From: Octopus bimaculoides
Lineage: Eukaryota
Length of the DNA stretch: 58,427 nt
Reading direction: 5' to 3'
Assembly (NCBI RefSeq): GCF_001194135.2
Contig: NC_068993.1
Location: 58,796,520-58,854,946, forward strand
Under the pieces are notes generated by a model. It saw nothing but the letters and a program-made list of their open reading frames with translations. It made no database searches and had not been told where the DNA came from. This document shows, piece by piece, positions 24,694-38,585 of the stretch. The translations under genes and the position numbers were made by a program. The stretch's first letter is position 1. Each line of letters begins with the position of its first letter.

Positions 24694-25476
24694 TAACCCT
24701 GTCGTTAATATTGCGTCACCCCCCTCACGACCACCATCATTACGCTAACGCTACCATTACTCCGTCGCCGCCATCACCGCCACTACTACCACTACCATCA
24801 CCACCACCACCATCCAGGGCCAGTCAATACTATTGCATCATCACCAACCACCACCCCCCACTATCACCACCACCACCACCACCACCACCACCGCTGTCGC
24901 TACCATTATACCATTATACAATCAATCAACTGTTCCTGTAATAAAATTCTCCAAGACAACAGAAATGCCATCTCTATAGAATTCCTGACATATCTCTTTA
25001 GAAATCTACAATATTCTCTTTTCCTTTCTTTCCTTCCTTCCTTCCTTCCTTTTCCTTTCTTTCTGTCTGTCTTTCTCTGTCTCTCCTACACTCTGTAATG
25101 CTCAATTTCCTTCTTTCTCCCCGTTTCCCCCTCTCTCTTTCTCATTATTCTGTTTCTTGCTTTCTCTCAAAGAAGCCCAAATAAAATTAGGATTCACTGT
25201 CTTTCATCTCCAGTAGTTGTTAGCTTTGATTTAGTTAGCGTGCACACATACACACGTGCTCCAAAACACGTGTACCTATGTGTACTGTAGGCATTAGCAG
25301 GGCTATGTAGTTCTGGGTAACGGATCCCCACCGCTTAGCACCATGGCCAGGTGTCCTCTGCTGTAGCTGGTCAGATTTACCAAAAATCTTGGAGACAGAA
25401 CGTGAGACATTTAGCAATTGGTAATGAGGAGAAACTGCTATATGTTAGTGGCAACGAACAGAAGAGTACAATACGC

Positions 25477-25581
<105 letters not shown>

Positions 25582-25814
25582 GGCTATCAACACAATGTAA
25601 GAGCGCACCTTTGATGCAAGTCTGATGAAGTGCCACTCTAATTTCTAAAATCGGAAACGCTACGTAAATTTTCACTTCGAATATTGGGCAAACTGGCGCT
25701 GCAAGCAGAGCTGGTACAGAAACAGCTGTAACGAATCATTAAAGATCTGTGAAGTATTTCTTTGTCTTATTTGGATTATATATATATAAAGATATATATA
25801 TATATATATGTGTG

Positions 25815-25860
<46 letters not shown>

Positions 25861-25888
25861 GCATATATGTGTGTGTGTGTACACATAC

Positions 25889-26112
25889 ATATTAGGTGGT
25901 GCTGAAAAGTTCCTGGCTCTGGGTAAAAGAAAATAGAGGAGGATCAGTTAATTATGATTTTATTCAGTATATTCCTCTCTCAGGTTCACACACTTATTGC
26001 AGCAGTCCTTCAGTTTTTCTAAGCCCTGTAAAAGAACTGAGAAGGTTGCATCTCCAACCAGGCGTTTCGCCATACCCTTAAAGCCAGGGACTTTTCGGTC
26101 CCCCTTCGCATA
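25889..26112. mobile_element. Mariner-type MITE (~220 bp)
   Basis: Inverted termini GGTGCTGAAAAGTTCCTGGCT and AGCCAGGGACTTTTCGGTCCCC in TA-rich flanks; mariner-like TIR; no ORF. Confidence 0.75.
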
Positions 26113-26688
26113 TATTATTACTCGACAGGCTTCCAAACAGTTTCCATCTACTACATTCATTCATAAGGTATCGGTCGGCCCGCTCCTGGACTGTAACAGA
26201 AAAAAAAAATGCTGCGTAGTGAAACTGAACCCGAGACTATGTGGTTGCAAAGGGAGCTTCTTAACCTCACAGCCATGTCGAATGCATATGAAAACATTAG
26301 AATGAATGAATAAACAAACAAACGATGAATTTCTTAACAGGAACGTAACTGAAATCTTTAGTTGATTATTCAGTAGGTTTGCCAGGTTAAATACTGGCCA
26401 AAAATAAATATTTAAACAATCGACGTGATAAACTCGATCTTATGTAAGAAGGTTAATTTAAATATTCATAAAAACTAGTTTCGTGTGTATATAAGCCAGC
26501 CTCATGAATATTTAAATTAAGCATCTTGCATTTATTCTTTTGTTCTTTTCCTGTAAAGGCGGGATCTGAACGTACGAATAAATATACTCCATATTTAAAA
26601 TTCATTGAGTCTTTATTGAAGTATGATCTTCTTGATTGTTTGAACTAACCTATACCATCTCTCTCTCTCCCTGTCTCTCTCCCCTCTC

Positions 26689-26730
<42 letters not shown>

Positions 26731-26733
<3 letters not shown>

Positions 26734-27090
26734 AGGCGCAATGGGCCAGTGGTTAGTGCAGCGGATTCGCGGTCATAGGATCGCGGTTTCGATTCCCAGA
26801 CCGGGCGTTGTGAGTGTTTATTGAGTGAAAACGCCTAAAGCTCCATGATGCTCCGGCAGGGGATGGTGGCGAACCCTGCTGTACTCTTACTTCCTGTTTC
26901 TGTTGTGCCTGTAATTCAAAGGGTCAGCCTTGTCACACTGTGTCACGCTGAATATCCCCGAGAACTACATTAAGGGTACACGTGTCTGTGGAGTGCTCAG
27001 CCACTTGCACGTTAATTTCATGAGCAGGCTGTTCCGTTGATCGGATCAACTGGAACCCTCGACGTCGTAAGCGAGGGAGTGACAACAACA
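26731..27090 (+). mobile_element. Family B tRNA-headed SINE, near full length
   Basis: Colinear with 20438-20766 and retains segments deleted there ('ggtcataggatcgc' and 'ggagtgctcagccacttgcacgttaatttc'). Confidence 0.92.
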
Positions 27091-27091
27091 C

Positions 27092-27155
<64 letters not shown>

Positions 27156-27584
27156 GAGTTACTGTGGTCAGAAGCTTTTTGAGTTCCAAGAGACTGTCCT
27201 AATTCTACGAAAATTGAAAATATCCTTTCAATTTTCAGAGATTGTGCCTGTTGTATGAAAATTTAATTTATATTCTAAGTTGCCAGAGATTGTTTGAAAA
27301 TTAATCAAAGAATTAACTTCAGAAATGCCATGTGTCTTTTGCAACGTACCATTGTCTAATGAAACGCCGGCTTTGGGAATAAACGAAAAAGTTGTAACTG
27401 TCAAGTTGCCAACATAAGAAACTATTATAATTATTTTCTTTATTTATTGTTGTTGTTGTTGTTGTTGTTGTTGCGAATTAAAAGGTACGAGTGTGTGTGT
27501 GTGTGTGTGTGTGAGTACGTGCGTGTGTGTGTCGATCATATTCAGAGATAGTGTCAATGGTCTTGGATAACACTAATACCACCA

Positions 27585-27900
27585 AACTAGTACCACCACC
27601 ACCATCACAACTAACACCACAGCTACCACCACCACCACAACTACCACCACCCCCATCACCACAACTACCACTACTAAAACAACCACCACAACTACCACTA
27701 CTAAAACTACCACCACCACCACAACTACCACCACCACCACCACAACTACCACTACCACCACAACTACCACCACCACCACCACAGCTACCACCACCACCAC
27801 CACAGCTACCACCACCACAACTACCACCACCACAACTACCACAACTACCACCACCATTACTAGAATTACTATCGCCATTCTCACTACATCTAGTATTATC
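27585..27900. repeat. Compound trinucleotide array (CCA)2-5-CA(A/G)-CTA
   Basis: Repeated ccaccaccacaacta / ccaccaccacagcta units; conceptual translation PPPPQL (+) or GGGSC (-). Confidence 0.9.
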
Positions 27901-30212
27901 ACCTGCAACAATGTAAGAAAAAGAAATGATCGACATTATAGGTACAGAGCAAGGTATATAGGTGCAAGGGAGAGAGAGAGAGGGGGTAGAGAGAGATAGA
28001 GAGAGGGGTAGAGAGAGAGACACACACACAGATACAAGAGGGTGGGAGTGGGTAGAAGATAATAGATAGACTGAACAGGCAGAGATAAAAGGTGGGAGGC
28101 TGGTGCTAAAACAGTGGTGTTATTATTACCACCACTAGTAGTAGTAGTAGTAGTAGTAGTAAGAGCAAGCAAATAGGAAAACTGGTGGTACGAGAACAAT
28201 AAGGAGCAGAAAAAGGAGAGCAACACGAACAACGGCAGCAACAACAATAAAATAAACAATGTCAAACTACTACAACAAAAACAGCAAAAAGCAGAACAAA
28301 TATCCCTCCCTCCCTCCCCTCTCTCCGTCTCTCTCTCTTTCTCTCTCCTTCTCCTCCTCTCTCTCTCTCCTTCTCTCTGTCTCTTTCTCTCCGTCGTTTC
28401 CAGTCATCCAATAAATGTGTTTGAGGGTTGCAACATATTGAGTGAACTGTAAGGCCTCTATTTTGATTGGAATGATGAGTCACCGAAGGGAGGGGGAGGA
28501 GGAGGAGAAGAAGAAGGTGAGTGAAAGAGAGAGAGAGTGATTGAATGAGAGAGAGAGGGAGAGCGAAAGGAGAGAGACAGAAAAAGCAAAGAGGACAACG
28601 AAGTAGACGCGGAGAGTAATGGTCAGAGATAGAAGAACTGAAGTGTTTGTACTACACAAGTACAACGCGTCTACATTCATTCGTGTGTGTATTCATTGAA
28701 GAGCAGATGATTCACTCCGTCTCGTTAATCAGAGTGTATCGCTATGTGCAATCCTTGTAGTTCATCGTTTTATTGCTTAAAGGATAGAGCCTATGGGTGC
28801 TATTTCTAGCAATGCCGGTGCTCACTGCACCCTTGCTCACTTTTAGTGACGTTGGAGTTTTCCCTTTTTGGCTTAAAATTGCACTTAAATTTTAACAACA
28901 AAATGTTATGTAAACCCTGGTTGAGAAACGCTGGTGACTGTACACAAACAATAGGAGCAAAACACATAAGCACATCTACACAGAGACACAAAGGATTTAT
29001 GAGAGGATAGGGGTCGGTTGGTAGTTTGGTGCGTGACCCGGAGAACCAAACAGGGGCTCGAAGCTATCTGCTGAGTCTCTTCTCTTTCTTCAAGAAAAAA
29101 CCCCACAGTTACCCCTTCTTAAACTTATTCTGGGAGGGCCTCGAAAAACAGTCTTGTTCCATCAAGGCAGAGTTCTGTCTGATGTCCTACACAACAACAA
29201 CGATTGTGACGAAGTGGTGGGGGTGTGAGGAGTGTAGGAGTTGTAATACAGGACACACAACGATGTCTTTGATAATTCTAAACATTGGGGTTATCAGAAT
29301 ATCACACCACACCCTTTTATTCTTCAGCTTAGCGATCACACTCGTTTCGGTATTAGTACAGGTGGTGGTGGTGCTAGTTGTCTTGGCGGTGGGGGTTCCG
29401 TAACTATAGCCGTTGCTGTCTTTAACGATGGCGGTTATAAAATGGTGGCAACATTGCTGCTGGTGGTAATAATGGCGACCGCAAGTGATTGTAGTACCGG
29501 TGTATGTAACAGTAGTGGTTGTAGTAGTGATAGTGGTGGTAGTGGTTTGGGTGCTAGTGACTTACGGCAGTAGCCAGGTTGTGGTACTAATGACTATAAT
29601 GGTGGTGGTGGTGGTGGTGGAAGTTGTGATGCTGCTGGTTGTCATGGTAATGATGGCGGTATTGGCGTTGGAAGATAGTAGCAGTTGTAGTGTTGGCGTT
29701 GGTAGTGGTGGTGTTGGTGGCTGTTGTTGCGTTAAGAGAAGGTGGGTGCTTCTAGTCTTAGTGAAGGAGGACATGGCGTTTATCGGTGGGGGGAGGGCTG
29801 CTGATAAAGCGGAGGAATTAGTGAAATGTATGTGGCGATGATGATGATGATGCTGATGCTGATGATGCTGATGACGATGAGGGGTGGCGCTGGTGCTGGT
29901 GGCAGCGGTAAGGATGGTGAGAACGAAGATAACAGCATTAGAATTGGTAATAGTGAGTTATTGTTGCTGCTGCTGTTGTTGTTGTTGTCGCTGTTTGTTG
30001 TTGTCGCTGTTTGTTATCTCCTTTGTTTAACGGAAAAGGGTTTGGGCGGGGCTGGGTAGGAACAGGGGCTAATCTTGCAGGGCGGGGCAGGGTACGGTGG
30101 GGGAGTGAACTACAGAAACACTACCACACTACATGCATTGTGTCTTTGAAATACCACAGCAGTTATAACAGTTCTGACAACACAAACACCACCACCACCA
30201 CCACCACCGCTG

Positions 30213-30245
<33 letters not shown>

Positions 30246-30400
30246 TAGCGTTTTTTGCTGTTGCCGGTAGTGTTATTCTTATGGGCAGTAGTTTACAGAA
30301 TCGGTTACGTCCCTTCACGGTCTGACGTAATCGACTGCCCCCTTCCCCTTCCCCTTCCGCCATCTTTCTCCAAATATGTATGACCTCGTTGTTCCTGAAA

Positions 30401-30860
30401 TGGACTGAAAAGAAGTTATCCCTTGAAAACTCAAGCTGAGGTGGCGAACGTGTACATAGCCTCCGTTATATATTACCGACTCCCCTTTGTGCTTTGCATA
30501 TGACACCCATCCACCCACCTCCACCGCTCCCCAGTTTTCGTTTGACCAGATTGAAGGATCATTTGGTATTTCGTTTCACATGGGGAAAAACGCGTATCCC
30601 ACTTGGTCAGGAGGTCCATCTGCTATCCAACACTATCTGAACGGACGGTTCGATTTGTGCGGCTGGTCATGATAATGCAAACACACGCTGAGACTACAGC
30701 GTCTGCATACAAAGATTCCAGAACGAGGAGAAGCTAGGGTCACTGTGAATGAGGTGCGTTTTCCTGCACGCAGTTCCTCTCCTTTTTGATAGAGCTGCAG
30801 GAGTATCGGCTTCCATTGCCAGGGGCAGAAGGCGGTTGGGGTCGGGGTCGCCGAGTGCTA
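30401..30860 (+). mobile_element. Decayed Tx1/L1-clade non-LTR retrotransposon ORF2 fragment (post-RT region)
   Basis: Frameshifted translation WTEKKLS/LKTQAEVANVYIASVIYYRLPFVLC...LVRRSICY/QHYLNG...HTLRLQRL resembles the Tx1-type pattern W..RKLSL.GRAEVAN.YI.S.I.YRL...LVRRS.C.QHP..GG; contains stops and frameshifts. Confidence 0.7.
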
Positions 30861-30937
30861 TGATCTAACTTCAATGGGGGCTTCTTACCTTGTGCGTAGG
30901 CGGATTGCTTCTTATTTGCTTTGTACGTGTGTATTCA

Positions 30938-30973
<36 letters not shown>

Positions 30974-31592
30974 GTATATGTGTGTGAGTGTGTATATATG
31001 TATGTGTGTGAGTGTGTATATGTATATGTGTTTGTGTGTATATATATATATATGTATGTGCATATATGTATGTATATATGTGTGTATGTGCACATATGTA
31101 TGTATATATGTGTGTATGTCCATATATATATGCATATATGTGTATGTCCATATTTGCATATATATATATATATTTGTGTGTATATATGTGTGTGTGTGTG
31201 TATCTGCAGGCGCTTGTGTATGTATTTATTCGCCTGTCGTATCCATTTTGTTTTCTTTGTATAAACTTTTAATGTCCTTAATATATTGTAAATATATAAC
31301 GCTTCTTGCTTCACCCCTCGTTTGTATATAACTGAGGTGTGTACCATCCCACGTGTCTTATAACCGTTTTCATTATTATTTTTATTTCCTTTTATGTATT
31401 TATTTATTTTTTGGCATATTATTGTTTTGAATGAAAGGGGGAGGGGCGCTGCCGAAGACTTTTGATATTTGTTTATTTATTTATTATTATTATTATTATT
31501 TTAATTTCATTCATATCTAGAGATGCCTCCATTTTTTTTTTTTTTTTTCATATTGATTTTAATCATTCTGCAGCCGATAGCAAAGACAAAAC

Positions 31593-31628
<36 letters not shown>

Positions 31629-32310
31629 CACGTTAATGATCATGATAATGGTAAAGATGGTGGTGGTGGCGGCGATGATGACGATAACGATGGTGGTGGT
31701 GGTGGTGATGATGATGATGATGCTGTTGGTGGTGAGCGAAAATGTATCCGGTGGCGACGGTGGCGGCGGCAGAGGCGGCGGTGGTATTAACAAGCAGCAG
31801 CAGTAGTCGCAGTAGTAATCGAAGTAGTAGCTGCAGGGATGGCGCGCATGATAGTTTGTGGTGGTGGGGAGGATGATGGCGGGCTGTTAAAAGTCAGGGA
31901 GTTATTTTGTTTTTTTTCTTTCTTTCTTTCTTTATTCCAAAAGGGGAAATTTGTATCTGGTTCCATGGGAAACAGGTCGAGCGACTACAAGACAGCTTTT
32001 CTTTCTGGCTGTGTATTCCTTACCTGCTTCATTGGTTTAATCATCTTTGTTTACTAATAAACTCCTTCACTAATGTCCTGCATTCAGCTCGGCTTAGATT
32101 TACTTGTACCATCGGAACAGCTGGTTCTTCCACATTCAATAGAATTGACACCCAACACACACACACACACGTATGAGCATGTTCACTCATTGTACGTCTC
32201 TCTCTGTCTCTCTCTATATATATGTATATATATGTGTGTGTGTATAAATATGTATATATATCTTTCACTATGTATATTTTCTCTATTTCTCTCCTTTCTC
32301 CATCTCTCTT

Positions 32311-32365
<55 letters not shown>

Positions 32366-32944
32366 GTCTTTGTATCTATCTATCCATCTATTCATATATA
32401 ATACAAATAATAAATATATACATACACACACACACACACACACACATCTCTCTCGTATCTATCTATCTCTCTCTCTCTCTACACACACACACACACATTT
32501 TTCTCTTTCTCTTCGCTCGCTCGCTTGCTCTCCCCCCTCTTCCTCTCTTTCTTTCTCTCCCTCTCTCCTACCCCCCTCTCTCTCAAGCTCTGTGCCTTCC
32601 TCTTCGTGTCTTTTATTTCTCTCCCTAAAACGTCCCCTCTTTCTCTCCGTCTCTTCCTACATATCTACATGTGTTTTTGTTTTTGTTTTGTTTTTGTTTT
32701 CCTTTTTTTTTTTCGTCAATAGTTCCAATATTCTTTCTCTTTAATTTCATTAGTCATAGACTCTGGCTAATGGTCGTTATTCATGTCGTTGCAACACGTT
32801 CTCCTTAGCTGTTTGGATTCTTCCTGCTCCCATGAAAGCCTTCGGGGCTCAAGCTCGCTGCTTGCCAATGAAACACCAATTAAACAGTCTGATCACTACA
32901 AGCTACAGTGAACACTACCCCCCTCTCTCTCTCTGCGATATCTA

Positions 32945-33130
32945 TATTCGTTTCTACTCTAAGCACAAGGCCCGAAATTCGGGGCTGGTGGTCTAGTCGA
33001 TTAGATCGACTCCAGTACGCAATTGGTACTTAATTTATCGACCCCGAAAGGATGAAAGGCAAAGTCGACCTCGGCGTAATTTGAACTCAGAACGTAACAG
33101 CAGGCGAAATACCGCTAAGCATTTCGCCCG
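32945..33130 (-). mobile_element. Family C SINE (tail variant ending gccttgtgcttagagtagaaacg)
   Basis: 'gattagatcgactccagtacgcaattggtacttaatttatcgaccccgaaaggatgaaaggcaaagtcgacctcggcgtaatttgaactcagaacg'. Confidence 0.9.
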
Positions 33131-34003
33131 AAGCAAGTAAAAGAAAGTTACAGAATAAAAGTGTATCTTGGACTACATGAGCTGCTATGTGCCTCGTCCT
33201 TTCTTAAGGACGTTAGGGGATCTTTCTGGTTTGACGGGCAACATTTTTCATTTATGTTTTATGTAGTGTTTTTGGTACCGAAACACTTTCAAACTTCGTA
33301 TACTTGTATATTTTGTGTTATAGAACAGATAAAAAATTTTGTATTCGAAGTTATTTCATGTTAAAAATTGTCGTTAGGTGTTAAGAGACATTCGACTGCT
33401 ATATTTAGCAGGCCAAGTGACCACATGTACGCTCCCTCAATAGATTAAAACAACGTTGTATCGCTACGTCGTTATGTGGTATGAGCTCGGTTTTACAAAG
33501 AACGTATGTATGGCTTTGGGGTGAGTGCTGTAGGAGCGTAGGGCATCATTTGGAGTATAAGACAATCCTAAAGAGATCGTGGTTTGAATGGCCTCTTCTT
33601 TAAGATTTACTTGGGGTTAAAATACAATACATACACACACTGATCTGAAATAAAAAGGAGTGTGAAAGCTTGGGAGAAATAAAGTGAGTGACGATTTACT
33701 CAATGACTTGATTTCTAGGTGTGAGAACTAAACGTTTTTATAGAAGTAAGCAAAAGGTGTCTGACTTCTTTCGTGAATGGTGACGCCGAAGTCAACCAGG
33801 CAGCCATTTTTTTATAATCGCTTCAGCTGCTAGAAATAGCAGCCAAATCTACTTCAAATTACACCCCGTCGTCTTACAAATAAGGAAATCTACCAAAATG
33901 GATTAGCTATGTGGTACTAGATATTAAATACAGCGGGGATGGTCATGATTAGAGCGCATTTGAAGGGTCACATGATATCTCTAAGAAAAGTATCGAAAAG
34001 CCA

Positions 34004-34171
34004 GGTGTAGGCAGGACTCTGTGGTTAAGACGCTCGCTGTGCAATCATGTGATTCTGAGTTCTATCCCACTGGGCGGTACCTTGGTCAAGTGCCTTCTTT
34101 TATAGTCTCAGACTGACCAATACCTTGAGAGTGAATTTGGTAGACGGAAACTGTGTGGAAGTTTGACGCGC

Positions 34172-34266
<95 letters not shown>

Positions 34267-34457
34267 CTTCCACCCCGATCTCCGCTTGGCAACCGGTGTT
34301 CTTTACGTCCCCGAAACTTAGCTGTTCGGCAAAAGAGACCGAGAGAATAAGTACCAGATTTAGAAATAAGTATTGGGATCTTTTTGTTCGTCTAAAACTC
34401 TTCAAGGAGTTGCTCCAGTATGGCCGCTGTCCAAAGACTGAAACAAGTAAAAGAATT
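34004..34457 (+). mobile_element. Family A SINE with about 100 bp of internal (TG)n
   Basis: tRNA-like head, 'accttggtcaagtgccttc', 'gaatttggtagacggaaactg', (TG)n, 'acgtccccgaaacttagctgttcggcaaaagagaccgag...gactgaaacaagtaaaag'. Confidence 0.88.
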
Positions 34458-34814
34458 ACGTGTTCTTTAGTTTGATTTTTTTTTTGTTTTCTTTTTTAGT
34501 TTATCTTAGTCAGCAGCGCCATCTTTATGCACTCTACACTACGAAAAAACCCTCGGCTCAGCCCTAATTAAGTCGCTCTATCATCCAAGGCGTTCCAGTT
34601 GTGACCATCTCATCATCATCATCTCTCTCTTTAGACGACATAGTCCAAAATACGAATTTCCGTTTTGTTTGTTTCGTTCGTTGTTTTTGTTGATGTTTTA
34701 ATGGGATTTGAGGTAAATTTGAGGTAAATCGGCTTCTATTTCTTGAAGTTCGTTTCACCGCCTAGTGACCTCCCCACCCACTTTGATTTAACCACCACCT
34801 CCACTCTCTCTCTC

Positions 34815-34847
<33 letters not shown>

Positions 34848-35279
34848 GTTTTGCAGTGTGAATTCGGGACAAAATTCACATTGTTGTAGTTGTCTTTATT
34901 ACGACATTAGACACAATAACTATTTGACAATTGGCCTTCTTCGATCTTTATTTTGTTTTTGTTTGTAAATAATAATAATAATAATAATAATAATAGTAAT
35001 AACATTATTTATAATGCAATTCTACTACTACTACTTCTACTATAACCTGTTTCCCAGTGCATTGCGCTACGTTGCTTGCAGTCTGTTGCGTGTTTTGTCT
35101 GGTGGGTAAAGTTATGGGTTGTGTGACTCATTCATTTACATATGTACACCCACATGTTTAGCAATTCCGTACCCATCCTGAATGAAACTAGTGGAGGTGG
35201 TAGGTGGTGATATTGTAATAAGCCTGCAAATTAAATTAATGCGAAATAAAGTCTAACACACATTGTAATGCGTAAATGG

Positions 35280-35950
35280 TATAAGGGTGGCAGAATCGTT
35301 AGAGCGTTAGACAAATTGCTTAGCGACATTTTCTCTGTTGCTATTTACGTTCTGAGTTCAAATTCCGCCGAGGGTGACTCTGCCTTTCATCCTTTCGGGG
35401 TCGATAAAATAAGTACCAATTGAGTACTGGGGTTGGTGTAATTCACTACTCTTCTTTCCATAAAAATTGATGGTCTTTTACCAAAATTAGAGAGAAAAAA
35501 ATAATTAAGACGGTAAGCTGACAAGACTCGTTAGCACGTCGGACAAATGCTTAGCGGAATTTCTTCTGGTTCTTTGCGCTCTGAGTTCAAATTCCGCTGA
35601 GGTCGACTCTGCCTTTCATCCTTTCGGGGTCGATAAAATAAGTACCAGTTGAGCACTGAGGTCGATGTAATCGACTACCCATCTCTCCTTAAAACTGTTG
35701 GCCTCGTCCTCAAATCAGAAAGAAGAAAAAAATTCATTAAGACGGTGAATTGGTAGAATCGTTAACACGTGGGACAAATACTTAATAGAATTTGTTCTGA
35801 CGCTTTGAGTTCAAATTCCGTTGAAGTCAACTTTTAATTTCCATTGTTTTACCGACCTCGGGGTTGGTAAAATTAAGCGTTTGTAAAACCCTGGCATCGA
35901 TGTAATCGTCTCACCCCTCTTCCTGAAACTCCCGACCTTGTACCAATATA
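35280..35950 (+). mobile_element. Three head-to-tail family C SINE copies (~230 bp period)
   Basis: Heads at about 35285, 35508 and 35738, each followed by 'tgagttcaaattccg', 'ggggt(c/t)g(a/g)taaaat' and 'gatgtaat'. Confidence 0.85.
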
Positions 35951-36830
35951 CTTTATATTTCATTCTCCAACCCAAAAAGTTGATAAGAGTGAATTACCAA
36001 CCGGATAGTGGGGTAGATGCAAATCAACAACTTCTCTTCTGGTATTCTATCCATATTAGAAATATTTGATATATCTTTCCTTTTTTTTTTTAAATCAAAA
36101 GATATAAAGTTGCAATGGTTTCTGGAAGTTCTAGCAACTCATATAGACCCGTGCGCATATGTATGTGTATGTATACCTATACACGCTCACATATACACAC
36201 ACACATACACACATACATACATTCATACACACGCACATACATACGCACGTACATACATACGTACATACATATTGTTCAGTATTAATAATGACTTCAAGGT
36301 TTCGGCATTAAAACTGGCTTCTCAAAATGGCGACTGTAAAGTGAAATTTTTTCGGAGAGTCAGTGTGTTAACAAACACCCTGAATAGTCCATCAATGGTG
36401 ATTCCTCTCGACCTACCCATCGTCTAATCACCGGGATATTGACATAATAAATACTGAATATGAAACCATAGATTAATTATTCAATTTTATTCAAGATCAC
36501 CGCGCCCCAGACTAAAGCTGCACAATTATATACAGCATAAACTGTTTTCGAATTTCAGTTATTTAACAATAAATAGTCATAAACAATATTAGCATTTTTT
36601 TTCCTTTTTTTGCTTAAACTAGGACATCAGGAAAAATATTTTAAATTTTCAGTTTTTTTTATTTTTATTATTTTGTTATTTTAATGGTGCCCTGGTTCAC
36701 CTTGCGCTTTTTTGCGCGATAGGAAATACAGTGTGCCGGGGAAAAAAGGTCATAAAAAGAAGAAAAAACTGGGGATGTTTTCTTCTTTTGGTGGTTTAAG
36801 CATGCATTTATTAATCTAGATCTGGAATCG

Positions 36831-36977
36831 TTGTGGCACTCCGTCGTTTACGACGACGAGGGCTCCAGTTGATCCGATCAACGGATCACCTTGCTCTTGA
36901 AATTAATGTGCAAGTGGCTGAGCACTCCACAGACACGTGTACCCTTAACGTAGTTCTCAGGAAGATTCAGCGTGACA
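36831..36977 (-). mobile_element. 3' half of a family B SINE
   Basis: Reverse complement of 'tcacgctgaatct...gagaactacgttaagggtacacgtgtctgtggagtgctcagccacttgcac...gatcggatcaactgga...gtcgtcgtaaacgacggagtgccac'. Confidence 0.9.
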
Positions 36978-37262
36978 TGTATATATGTGTGTGTGTGTAA
37001 ATGCAACATGTGCTGCATGGTTCTCATTTTACTTTTACTGTTTTTCTTCATATGTCCGTGGCCATGCTGGGGCCTTCATATGAGGTGTAGTGTCCTTTTT
37101 TTTTTCTGTTTCTTATTTTTTTTTTATTGCTGAGTCATAAGCGGAAGGTGTCTGGCTGTCTACAGGTATACATACCCATCTCCCCACACACGTCATGGAG
37201 TCATAACTACACATGCACACACACACACACACATATATACACACAAGCCCATACATACATAC

Positions 37263-37300
<38 letters not shown>

Positions 37301-37495
37301 ATAAGACATGTATAGTCAATGACTGTTTTATAGCGCACAAGCAGACGACACTCCTGCTGCAAAAAAAGTCGAGGGGTTTTTTGTATTCAGAGAGCACAAG
37401 CAGGTTATTCACGTGATCTTAAGTCATTCAGTTTGTATTACTTTGTTGGCCGTTCTTTATTTATGTACCTTCGTTGCAGGTTTAACTGGTACTAT

Positions 37496-37544
<49 letters not shown>

Positions 37545-37645
37545 GAAAATTACAAACACGCACGCGCACTAACGCTCGCATATACCTTTATTCATTAGTA
37601 AGCGAAAGACTGACTCAGCCGTTCTCAGGTATTAAACACACAGAA

Positions 37646-37722
<77 letters not shown>

Positions 37723-38276
37723 TATACTTACGCGCACACACGCGTATCGAACTCTGCTGGCTGACCAGTGCAATAATTGATGTTTATTGGCACATTCGCA
37801 TCACTGGAGACTGGGTCTCCGGTTTTCGGGAAAACTCGTTTGGTTATCTCTTTGAAGTATTCGTGTCAATAAGATCTTATGGGTTTTTACTTCTGACTGA
37901 TCTTTCAAACTGTAAAGAGGCCTCGCCAACATTAAAAAGACTTTGTGCCTTCTTGTTTTGTTTCATTTTGCTATCGTGTACGCCTGTCTGTGTGTGTCTG
38001 TGTGTCTAGATGTATACGTTCGTGTGTGGTTCTATGTGTCTCTGTTTGTGTGTGTGTTTGATGAATGAAAGTGATATTGGCCATGTTCCTATGTTATTGC
38101 CGTTATTTAATCAACCGAGTCAAGATGATAGCAAACACACCCATTAAATACTACTTCCTTCTCTATCACTGTCTTTCTTCTCTTTCCTAGACTCTGCTGC
38201 AGCATAACACAAGTGTCCTACCGAATGATTGCGGTAGATGTACGTGGAATAACCTTGTGTGTGTAATATATATATA

Positions 38277-38437
38277 TAGGAGTGGCTGTGTGGTAAGTGG
38301 CTTGCTTACCAAACACATGGTTCCGGGTTCATTCCCACTGCGTGGCACCTTGGGCAAGTGTCTTCTACTATAGCCTCGGGCCGACCAAAGCCTTGTGAGT
38401 GGATTTGGTAGACGGAAACTGAAAGAAGCCCGTCGTA

Positions 38438-38481
<44 letters not shown>

Positions 38482-38585
38482 GTGTGTGTGTGTGTCTGTG
38501 TTTGTCCCCCCACCATTGCTTAACAACCGATGGTGGTGTGTTTAGGTCCTCGTAACTCAGTATGGCCGCAGTCTAATGACTGAAA
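38277..38585 (+). mobile_element. Family A SINE with internal (TA)n(TG)n and an internal 3' deletion
   Basis: Head near identical to the 10108-10520 copy; the body jumps from 'gtaactcag' to 'tatggccgcagtctaatgactgaaa'. Confidence 0.92.

Noticed and set aside
25619-25670. CTGATGAAG…GGAAACGCT hammerhead-like words
   Set aside because: No stem II pairing next to GAAA, the triplet GCT is not NUH, and there is no stem I.
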